A DNA stretch of 61,671 nt, the filler included, from Choristocarpus tenellus KU-1152 (taxonomy: Eukaryota; Protista; Phaeophyceae): NCBI GenBank assembly GCA_964200185.2. It is 11 parts of 11 records of this genome, joined end to end, with 100 filler letters (N's around TTAATTAATTAA, not from the genome) between each part and the next. Parts side by side here need not be neighbours in the genome. Positions count along the whole stretch, not along the records: positions 48,505 to 53,451 come from CAXNAD020012422.1; positions 53,552 to 61,671 come from CAXNAD020005115.1; 9 more parts are not named here. The stretch is one strand, 5' to 3'. Numbering within the stretch: position 1 is the stretch's first letter; each line of letters opens with the position of its first letter. This document shows, in pieces, positions 51,818 through 61,671 of the stretch. The notes below the pieces were generated by a model. The model ran no database searches and had not been told where the DNA came from. It worked only from the letters and a program-made list of their open reading frames with translations. Both the position numbers and the translations under genes were made by a program.

Positions 51818-53659
51818 GCCAGTGGCTCAATGGTTAGGATGGCAACCTGGGTCAATTTAGAGGGTGTGAGTCCCTTCCAAGCTAGACTCCACTCAATAAA
51901 ATGTAGTTTTAATGTAGTTTTAATTATGTTAATTCCGTGTGGAAAGCAGAACGGATTGTACACTTGTATTAACATCCTGTTTGTGTTATACCACAAAACA
52001 AAAAAAACATAGTTTTAATGTAGTTTTAATTATGTTAATTCCGTTATTAACATCCTGTTTGTGTTATACCACAAAACAAAAAAAACATCGGACCAAGTTG
52101 ACACCGGAAAAACTTCGGGGTGGATTCTGCAGAAGATTCAAGGGAGGAGATGAAGGGACGAGTGAGTGGTCGGAGTGTGTGAAAAACAAGGCAGGAATGC
52201 AGGCAGTAGAACTAGTCTTAGTGCAACAACAGTTAGTAGTTAGTATGAGAAGTAGTGCAGTGCGTAGTTCCTCTGATCACGAGATGGGATCATTTTGGAC
52301 TAATGTGTAACAAATAAAAATAGTACGTACTTCTCGTCCAGAAGATACCTAGTAATATACCCGAAGACCTAACTAAAATAAGCACACCTCTCCCTTCGAT
52401 ATTGTGGGAGGGATAATTTACCATCATCATAAGAAAATGTTTCAAATAAATTATACATGGTTTCGGAATACCGACTGGGCGTGAAACGTGAGGTTTTATT
52501 TTTATGCCCACCCACATTTTGGAGATGTTTTCATGAGAGGTGGGCAAGAACCTACAACAAAGAAAGAAAAGAAGAGGACGATGTTTACTGATAATACTGG
52601 GGACAACAAGCGATATTGCCTTGTGTAGTAACTTGGAGCATTCATTGAATGTCAACACCTACAAAAGCAAAGTCATACGATATAAAGATAGCGTGGGTAA
52701 TAATATCCTTGCAATAGTTCTACTTTAAAACAGCCGTAACTCGCAGAGGGAATTTTGTGTATTAAAAAAAAACTTGGTTCCTTATTGTAATACCACGGAT
52801 TTTAGCGGTCACTAGTGCTACTGTTAGAGGGGACGTTTCTTTTTGGAGCACAGGCTTGAAGAGAGTAATTAATATTAGACACATATGTCGACAAGGAACA
52901 GAAGGCGGAGCAGGATTTGTCTCTCATGGTCGACAAGAAAGTCACTTCCTCCAACCTCTCTCCCCCTCACTTTTAAGAGTGCATATTCCTTGGTTTATTT
53001 TTGTCGTATTTCTTTAATCGGAAGACGTCTATAAAATAACAATTATTATCAATCCTACTCATGTATTCCTGCTCTCTGTTCTTTTTTTAAGTTGATCCTA
53101 ATTCTGCTCCTTACTCCCTCCCCCTCAATAAAACCTAAATAACCGAGTTCACTCACCGTTGACTCAGTGTAAGTCAACAAGGAAAATATGCAATTGAGAA
53201 AAAGACTTACAGGCCAGCAGACATGCACTCAAGACCAAGTAAAACGGAAACACAACACCTACAGGGCTCAACAGAACTCCCTTCGGGGACCAGCATGTTG
53301 TTCCCTGCTTCATGATGCGAACCAAACCAACTCATTACACTACCTATGTAGCTGGAGGGTGGGAGGGGGGGGGGGGGGGTGTACGGGTCTTCAACAGCAC
53401 TCCCCACACACACTCCCTCTGCCCCCCTCCCTTTTCTTACATTCAATAAAANNNNNNNNNNNNNNNNNNNNNNNNNNNNNNNNNNNNNNNNNNNNTTAAT
53501 TAATTAANNNNNNNNNNNNNNNNNNNNNNNNNNNNNNNNNNNNNNNNNNNNCCCTTAAAAAGTGCCGAAACGTTTCCAAAAAAAGTCATAAAAGGGGCCC
53601 TTCTAAGTGCAAAAACAGTCGCAAAAAAAAAACTTTCGGTACTTTTTAAAGACAGTTTT

Positions 53660-53720
53660 GGCAAAACAACGTTCCTCATAGTCCCGCTCCTGCCTCAATT
53701 TTGCGAATCCCTTGTTATAT
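53660..53720. mobile_element. TIR end matching positions 1-65
   Basis: Seen: CCTCATAGTCCCGCTCCTGCCTCAATTTTGCGAATCCCTTGTTATA. Confidence 0.65.
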
Positions 53721-55667
53721 GGGCACTTTCCGCGCACCATTTTGGTCAAACCCATCCTCCATGGAAATGATCCATCCGCCATTATCATGATCCACTGTTA
53801 CTCTCTGTTGAAGATTTGCGACCAATGCATCTCCAGATGAACGGATCATCTGAGACCACATCAAGCGTACCATCATACCTAGCTTCTTCTAAAAAGTTCA
53901 TAATCCCCTGGTCTCTCGCTAACTGACTGATCTTCGCCCTCGTCCTCCTCCCTCTCCTTCCCCCAACACATGCTCAAAAAAAGTGAATAGATCGAGAGAT
54001 TGCCGTTGTGTGATATATAGTTGGCGTGCCATCGATCACACGTACTCCAGCCTACCATGGTGAATGTCCTCCTGGCTGGGTCAGTGATTATGAGCACTCT
54101 TCCTTGCATGGATTTCGCTGGTTCGAACTCCATCAAAGTCAGGGTTCTCATTTTGAATGGAAAATGTGGTTTTGAGTGTACAAATTCCATGTTTCAAGCA
54201 CCCCAGTAGTAGGAGGTGGTTTGAGTTCTAACATCCGGCGTTAGCGTTAGAGTTAGGCATCCCAAGTCCATCCAATTAATAAAATACTGCAGCAAGGGTT
54301 ATTGCAAGGAAAATAGTAGACTACTGTGGACTGTCTGACCTTCCCTACCATCATGATAATAGTCCCCACAGTAATACAGCTATGACATTTGAAAGATAAA
54401 ACAATTTCCCAAGTTTCTTAGGTTGTGAACTTATTATTTCCCCACAGAGAGGAACTAGAAATGTGAACAAGTGCTGGTTATAAGGAGGCCCATCAGGTTT
54501 TTATGGCAATTAACTGATACCGAATATTTTAATAAAATCCTTCCATCATGCCCTCGTTTAGCTGTATGCAAAGGTCTGAAAAGGCATTATTATCGCTGAC
54601 GAGCAATGGCACATTCCTACAAGAATATATCTCACAATTATATCGCTATTTCGGATGGATGAGATGCGCTAAGGAGTCTCTGTTCTGCGCAAATCTCAAT
54701 CGAACGAAACGCACATGCATATCTGCAAAACCTGTACATATTTGGAGATCATAGTAGAGGCTGCTTTTGAAACATTCAGAGTGTTGCAATGACATGGGAG
54801 TTCATGATTAAAACAGTAATTAATTACTAGACAGTACAATGTAGCTTGTTTATGCGTAATGTGGTCAGAAGACAGCAGCAACGTAAATGCTACACCGAGA
54901 GTTTATCACTTACAGGTATGTAAATGTTTTTCTGTAAATTCATTACATGCATCTTGATTATGAACAATTCTCCCTGAATCACCTTGCTCTTTAATAAGAT
55001 ACATTTTTCTCCACTTACGAATAATCTAGAGCGACATTGTAAGATAGTGCAACGCAAAGTCCCACAAAATCATATATTTATGTCACTTGACTGGATTTTT
55101 CTACAATGACGAGAAGAATTTACTGTACTATGACCAACAAGAAAAAATGTTCAAATGATGGTTTTAACAGAAGCTTCCCTATCTACAAATTGTAGAGAAT
55201 CAATCACCTCCTGTCTGCAGCATGCAGCAGGTGCTATTTTTCTGCAGTCCTAACAAATGAGCAATGAAATTGCATTAATGCTATATTGAACAATGTACTA
55301 GCACTAGATGCGTTAACACTGAAGCTGGCACTACAAAAATGTTTTTCAAGGTCAACGCAACATTTTTTCACTGTTTCAACCACAACTCTCCTGTTCACTC
55401 CAGGTGAACCCCATCCAACAAGTTCAAGGAGCTGCCACACTGCATTGATATATCAGGATTAGAAACTTACACACCATGCCTCATGAGTAGAATTTTTGAT
55501 GGGGTATATGGAACTCTAAAAAACATTAAGCCTTCACTAGTGACTGGCTTTGTCAACACTCACCCTATTTCCTCATAGTAGAAGAAGCGTGTAGGGGTGA
55601 AAGCAAGTCAATACACACACAATTTGGAAAAACAAGGGTTAAGTCTTCCCAGGTAAATAAAATTAGA

Positions 55668-57848
55668 TCACAAACGCTTCAGTGACTCCTCTGGGTTTGA
55701 GTAGGAAACATCTGGTGGTGCCAACGCCTGCCCACGGATAAGTGATCCGACAGTACCAAATAGTAGCTTAATGTCCTCAACAGGGTTTGTACCCTGCACC
55801 TTCTTGTACAGGTAGGAGTCGAAGGTCACCTTTTGCACATATTCAGATTCACACATCTCAACAAATGCCTCCCTTGCAGCATTGTTAGAGTAGAACACCT
55901 GCAAAATATTGAGGCAGGTAAAGAAGAGATGTTTCAATGATAAACAAGCAGTACAGGAAAATGATTGATGTCACAGACACAACATTTTAGAAACGCAAAC
56001 ACAAATATCGTCCCAGTACTGCAATTGTACCTTCTGAAGTAGGTCAAGTACAAGGTAAGTTGGCTTGTAGAGGCGATCGTAGTCCTTGAGGTAGGTATCC
56101 TTGAGCTGCTTCTCATTTGGCAGGTTTCCAGTCTTGCGCAAACACTCTACTACAGCTTGAGCTGCCATTCGTCCTGACTTGGCAGCAAAGTAGATCCCCT
56201 CACCAGAGCACTTGGTGACATACCTACAGAAGGCGTAAGATCAACCAGAGGAAGTGTGGACAAAGGTAACACAAAATTATATTGACCTAATGAAATTTTT
56301 TCTCCACTGCTGTTGATGATGTCTGCATATATTGGGGCTGCTTCCTCTAAGCTCTTCTCTTACCCAGCAGCATCCCCCACAAGTGCCATTCGGCCAACTA
56401 CACGGCGTGGTCTGTAGTTCTCAGGGATGGGGTGAGCCTCGATCTTGATGATCTTCCCCCCGGCGATCTTATCTCCTGCTCGCTTCCTGATGGCATCCTG
56501 ATAGTCCTTGATCGCAGGACGGTTGAGCACTGTTCCTGTTCCCACACCAACATGGTCATACTTGGGGAAGACCCAGCCATAAAAGTCGGGAGAAACATCA
56601 TCACCCACATACATCTCAGCCATGTCTTTGTAGAAATCCATCTTGTCATCATCAATTTTGATGCGCTCCTGGAAAGCAATGGCGAAGTTGTACGACCCTG
56701 CGTCCATTGCCTGGTGTAAATAACATATCAATAACGAAAGTTATGTGTGAATGAGATTGGGTATGATAACAATGTAGGATTTTCATTTTGGTGAGCATGG
56801 CATCAATTGACGTTCAACCCGTATTTCTGACCTTAGCTACCCTGGAGTTGGCACCGTCGGCACCAATAATGAGGTCCACCTCAAGGCTATCCTTTTCACC
56901 CGTCTTAGTACTGGCATCGTAGTTGGCGTAGTTGATAACGTACTTCCCGCTGTTCTTGTCGGCTGGGACATCGATCTTGGTTACCAGACCGTTGATGGCG
57001 GTTGTTCCCTTCTCAATGGCGCGCTTTCGCATGAAGCCATCCATAACTTCCCGCCTGACCATTCCAATGTACTCGTCCGGCTTCAATGTAGATCCAATGT
57101 CTACCTCGCGGTTGGTGGGCGATATCATTTTCATTCTACGAACCTTGCGGTCAATGATATCAGTGGGCAAGTCGAACTCCTCGACCATGCACAAGGGAAT
57201 TGCTCCGCCACAAGGTTTAGCATTATCCATCTTGCGTTCGAAAATGTAGGCCTCGATATCCGGGCATTCTGCAAGGATTTCAGCAGCGCACGCCCCTGAA
57301 GGCCCACCTCCAATAACGGCCACCTTGTACTTCATTTCGGGTCCTTGGAACATGAAGGAAAAGAGAGAGATACAAACATGTTGAATATGGAAAATTGTGC
57401 CTCTTACCAATGAGGAGTTTGCGTACTGAAATACTTGCATTCAGCACCTGGAAATAATGTGAGGAGACGATTGCCGCGGTAGCAATATGATTGCTTCAAG
57501 CTTTGTTCACTACACTTCAAAGGAGTAAATCGACCTGTACTAGAAAGGTTAGCGGACACGATACTCGGATAAATGGTCATGCTTGGTTCACAAATGTTCT
57601 TGCCAAAGTGGTAAGACGTACCGCTATTCCATTCACATTCAAGTGAGACTATTCAACCTAGTACCTAACGAACAACTGTCACATAAGTGTAACATTCACA
57701 GCTTACCCGACGAACCAGTTGCGGGAACCGGAGCTGGTGCCACGCGCTTTCCTGCAAACCCGTTCACGGGCACATTGGGCGTCACAAATGCGCCGCACCC
57801 GGCACATCCGCCTAGGACGGCTACCGTCGCGATACCTAGGCGACCCAT
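55668..57848 (-). CDS. chlP: Geranylgeranyl diphosphate reductase (chlorophyll phytyl-chain synthesis), complete, 474 aa, plastid-targeted
   Basis: Exons 57848-57707, 57343-56832, 56710-56364, 56223-56031, 55898-55668 total 1425 nt, phase-consistent. Motifs: VIGGGPSG, AKPCGGAIPLCM, GADGANSRVAK, DVSPDFYGWVFPK, LVGDAAGYVTKCSGEGIYFAAKSGRM. The N-terminus MGRLGIATVAVLGGCAGCGA-FVTP is a signal peptide plus ASAFAP-type motif. Confidence 0.98.
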
Positions 57849-58425
57849 GATTGCAGATGCGACGTGAGCGATCTTGGGTTCTCCGGACTGCTGTATTGCA
57901 GTCTTTGTCCTGGATGTGTGGCAATGAGAGGGAATGTGGGGGACCTTACTTCATGAACACAAAAAAAATGCACGAATGAGATTAGATGAAAAAAAAAATA
58001 GAAGAATGGAATTCCATGTTATAGGTTGAAGTGCAACCCCTGTCAGAAGATTTAACAAACCCAGTCACACCTTACCAAACCTATTCATCTCATAAGACGA
58101 AAATATTTAACATTTTTTTCATCTTGTCATCCAGGAAAAGGAAACATATTCACTAATCAAACACTAAACCACTAACCTCTCTTTTTTCCAATATTTGTCA
58201 AATAGGAGAAGAGGAACCAAGACAACACAAGTAAGTCGGTATAACGCTAGGATAACGAGAATTGGGAACCAAGAATGAGTCAATACTTCTCAAAAAATAA
58301 GATATTCCTTGTATCCCTAACCCTAATCTCAACCATATCCCTAACTTAGTCCCAACTTTAGTGTTAGGTCTAACCCATAATTTGATTGACACATACACAC
58401 ACTATCCCTACTAAGTCCCAAAGAA

Positions 58426-60945
58426 ATGGAAGACTCTGGAGCACGCACCATGCTGCGGCCAGGGGCGCACTCTAGGCTGATTTTCATGGCTTGCTTGATC
58501 CTGCAGAATGTTGATGTATTTGCTAGGAGAGCGCCTGGATTGAAGGTCCCAATGCCATCGGTCGAGTCGAGCAAGGAGTGTGATGTTGTGGTGCCTAACA
58601 TGGTTTCTCTGTTCCAGCCTGACGAAAAGGAGCTAGATCGCTATTCGGTGGCGCTTGCTGCTTCACATCGCCTCAGGGAGAAGAGGGACAATACTATCAA
58701 AGAGACGACAAATCCCGTGGCTTATCTATACCTCAAGGTGACGCTGTCATGTCGTGAACTTAGTGTGTATGTGTATCAGAGATGAAGCACGGAGAGAAAA
58801 GATCGGTGGTGGTAGTTTGTGGGACACTTGATCAGATTTACGTTTATACTTTTTTCTATCTATGTTGGGTGGGGCGAAAGAAGATTGGAGAACAAGATTG
58901 CTATCTTGGGAGTTTGGACTTCCATGTTAACACCATATTACACACCTCATCTGTATGTGAAGCTTTTCGATTTGTCCGAATACTTGATTAATAGAGGCCT
59001 TGATTGCCGTAAAACTTCAATGACAATGTTCCGGTCGAAAAGAGTGGGACTTGACTCGGGCACCAAATATGTACATCTCCCTATCAACCATGCTGAAGCT
59101 TGGTAGGGCCTGTTTCCCTGCATGTCAGAATGATAAAGAACTTCGTTTCTCGCTTGCGGACTATGACAGAGCAACTCACTTTGTGGAACTGCTGCTCCAG
59201 TGCCGCGATTTTTTCCACATATATCATTCATGTCTCTCCGACCCAAAGTTTAAATCTTTGTTAACTAAATGGCGATTCATCATCAATAGAGAATGGAAAT
59301 TGTGTGTGAGGATTGTCATTGGCATTATTCCCTCACATCACTGTGAATGCGATACAATACCGCATCACATTTTAAGGGTGTGGGTAAAGATACGATGTAT
59401 TTTTTTGTAACCGTAGGTCTTTTTTTTTTAAAGGAATAATCGCTAGCACTTGGACGTTTGCAGGTTGTCCGCTTGGCCCTGGTCAGTCGTTGAAGAATGA
59501 TCTGATGGAAAAGACGTTTCTATTGCGTAGTATTGGACTATTTGGATGGAAAAAAGGAAAAATGCTCAAGCCAAGATGTTCCTTGTTTGAACATTACAAC
59601 ATGATAAAATAAACAGTCGAAAATTCTCCTATTTGCTCATGCAGCCTTTACTGTGGTGAGATAGACAAGGTTATGATGAAAAGGAGCACAGACTCCACTG
59701 TATTGTACGTATGTAGTCTACGCACTGGGAAAAAACAAAACAATACACCAATTGTACCTTGTAAATTTGCAAATCCTCAACCACCCCCGTCCCCCCTTGT
59801 TTTGAGTTACGCAGCACTCTCCATAACACATCCTCAATAATTCTAACCAGGGTTGATACACATTATTAAATAATGACCTCTGCACCGTTGTACTCTGGAA
59901 TTGCTATTTGTTTTGCAGAATTGTATGGTACTGCTGTTGATAGTTAGGGCTGCTCCAGCTCCTGGTTCTTTTGTTCCCCTTCTTATTTTTTGTATGTTAC
60001 GAATTACTTCCCAGATGAAAAAAGGGGATCAGTATGCTAGGTGGATGTCCAGCCCTTTGGTGTCTGATGCTGCCAGAGATGCTCAGAGTGACTACCTTCG
60101 ACAGGTGTGTACTCTTTCTCGTTACTCCTCATTCTCTATTGCCCTAATAGGCTTGTGCCATTTTTAGTATACCTTTACTTACCTTGCTTGGATCAGTTTG
60201 TACCCTCTTTGCCATACTTTGTTGCACCTTTGCTCCAACAGGCTTGTATGCCTTCAGGTGTACCTCACATCCATTGCGCCTTCTCAACCCCTACTCAGCA
60301 TTTTGTTTTGCCTTGTAGTTTTATTGTCTTGGGGGATGCCTGAAGCACAAAAGAAAACCCGTTGGTGTTCCACTTCAAGATTGTCTACCCACAACAGTCA
60401 GGTGTCCAAAAAACCCAAGAACGTACTGTTTGTACAGACACAAACGGAAGAAGCAGCAGACCTGGTGGGCATCTCTCTTGCTCCAACTCATTGTTGTTGT
60501 TATTCAAGTGATACTACTCTGTTATTGTATTGCAGTGCTCCATCGTCGATTCAGCTTTGTATATATCGCCCAGTGGTGTAGAAGACCAACCTCAAGTTGT
60601 GACGGTGTTGTGTTGATAATATGTTACACCTTGCATCATGTACGTGCCCCTCTGTCTTCAAAGTGCTCTGTAGCACTGGTCTGTTGGCTTGATGTAACCA
60701 GGTGGTTGGCTACGAGTGTTTTACCCGGGGTGAGAGGTATTCAAACATGTCTCTTTGTGCCTCTGTGTACTATTTTTGTACTATTTCAGGCTGGCCGTGT
60801 CATCACATCCTGTGGGATGACCACCTCCCACTTCAATCAGCTTAGCCGCACGGTAGCAATACACAAGGATCTTAGGGTTAGGGTTCATCAACAGGTACAA
60901 TCAGAAGTCCTGAAAGAGATGGACCAAGTGTATCGATTGGTATGA
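58426..60945 (+). CDS. DUF4168-like protein with N-terminal targeting peptide, divergent from chlP
   Basis: Phase-0 exons 58426(or 58450)-58737, 60015-60104, 60790-60894 (or read-through to stop at 60945). Translation: PDEKELDRYSVALAASHRLR...|...AQSDYLRQ|AGRVITSCGMTTSHFNQLSRTVAIHKDLRVRVHQQ. This resembles the DUF4168 pattern E+..YA.A.......R and I...G+T...FN.+......L..RV. Recognised from memory only. Confidence 0.65.
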
Positions 60946-61671
60946 AGATGACTCTTTCGGAGTACAATAGTCAGATAGCTTTTTCTGTGCAGATGAGCGA
61001 CCTGTGCTGCCCCTGATTGAAATACCAGAGGAAGTACTTGTGTTGGTCTGAACTGCTACTACAGTTTTGTTAAATGCCCCCCCCACCCCCCTCTACAACC
61101 ATTTATCTATGTAGCTATGCGATTGTGCTGTTTGGGTGTGCTATTAAGGTCAGGGGTTCGTAATATTTTCGTCACTCTTGAGTGCTACTACTGTAATATC
61201 CCCTCCCCAATTACATGTCTTCCGTAGTTTCAGCAAGCATACTATGTGACATTATTCAGGGTTAAGTTTTTGCCACCGCACCCGAATCAGAGTACAGTTT
61301 TGTACTTTACATGTTAGACATTTCACTTAAAACATGATGTAGTGCTGTTGTTACTATGGCAATGACTTGCTCCAACTATCTCTCACTGGGGTAGTGGAGA
61401 GTTCCCAGTACACCAAAGAAAATTACAATATTATTTCTGTCTGTTCCTGATTCGTCAGGAGCCACTTGGTTGTTACCCCCACCCTAACAAGGTCCTGGGG
61501 TTCTGATTCCGCACAGACAGGCGTTTTTCTACCCATCCTGTGTTGACAAGATGTCCATATAAGTGTGGTTTTGTTCCTTTTTTTTTCGGGGGGGGGGAGG
61601 AGAGAGGGGGGGGGGGGGGGGGTGGTTTTTTTTTTTGGTTTTACTTTTTTTTAAAGATTTTTTTACTAATA

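Larger units (their letters stand above)
3254..53551. other. Ten artificial 100-bp contig linkers (N44-TTAATTAATTAA-N44)
   Basis: Seen: identical linkers at 3254-3353, 7174-7273, 11797-11896, 14600-14699, 22621-22720, 27860-27959, 32247-32346, 37534-37633, 48405-48504 and 53452-53551. TTAATTAATTAA gives stops in all six frames. Genes are cut at the linkers and do not continue across them. Confidence 0.97.

Noticed and set aside
3254-53551. Recurrent TTAATTAATTAA motif as biological, or a gene cluster spanning the window
   Set aside because: The motif is always centred in a fixed N-run, so it is an assembly linker. Linkage between segments (e.g. ACC with the ParB-like gene) is unsupported.
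53879-54190. 103-aa ORF as a gene or copia fragment
   Set aside because: No diagnostic motif.

Overview
Eukaryotic nuclear DNA. It is probably from a photosynthetic, flagellated stramenopile such as a brown alga; this is inferred from intron-rich genes, a bipartite plastid-targeting presequence on CHLP, an outer-dynein-arm docking gene and TTAGGG repeats. The window is not one locus: eleven segments are joined by ten identical 100-bp linkers (N44-TTAATTAATTAA-N44), so adjacency across a linker is not evidence of linkage. I spliced exons by hand and checked intron phases. This gave one complete recognisable gene (geranylgeranyl reductase CHLP) and partial genes for a DCN1-like protein, a thioredoxin-glutaredoxin (GLRX3/Grx3-4), a CstF-77-like C-terminus, an RsuA/RluB-type pseudouridine synthase, homomeric acetyl-CoA carboxylase, ODAD3/CCDC151, a DUF4168-like protein and several unknown proteins. 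Mobile and repeat DNA includes a decayed Ty1/copia element with a nested solo-LTR-like insert, a PIF/Harbinger-like MITE family, a hairpin TIR family, minisatellites and interstitial telomeric tracts. The most unusual segment is 32347-37533. It holds a six-exon spliced gene with a ParB/Srx-type N-terminal domain and an HTH-like segment, disabled by four nonsense codons, and a ~206-bp palindrome-bearing tandem array about 1 kb upstream. Most ORFs in the supplied track are spurious (introns or microsatellites). Family assignments are from motif recognition only; no searches were run.
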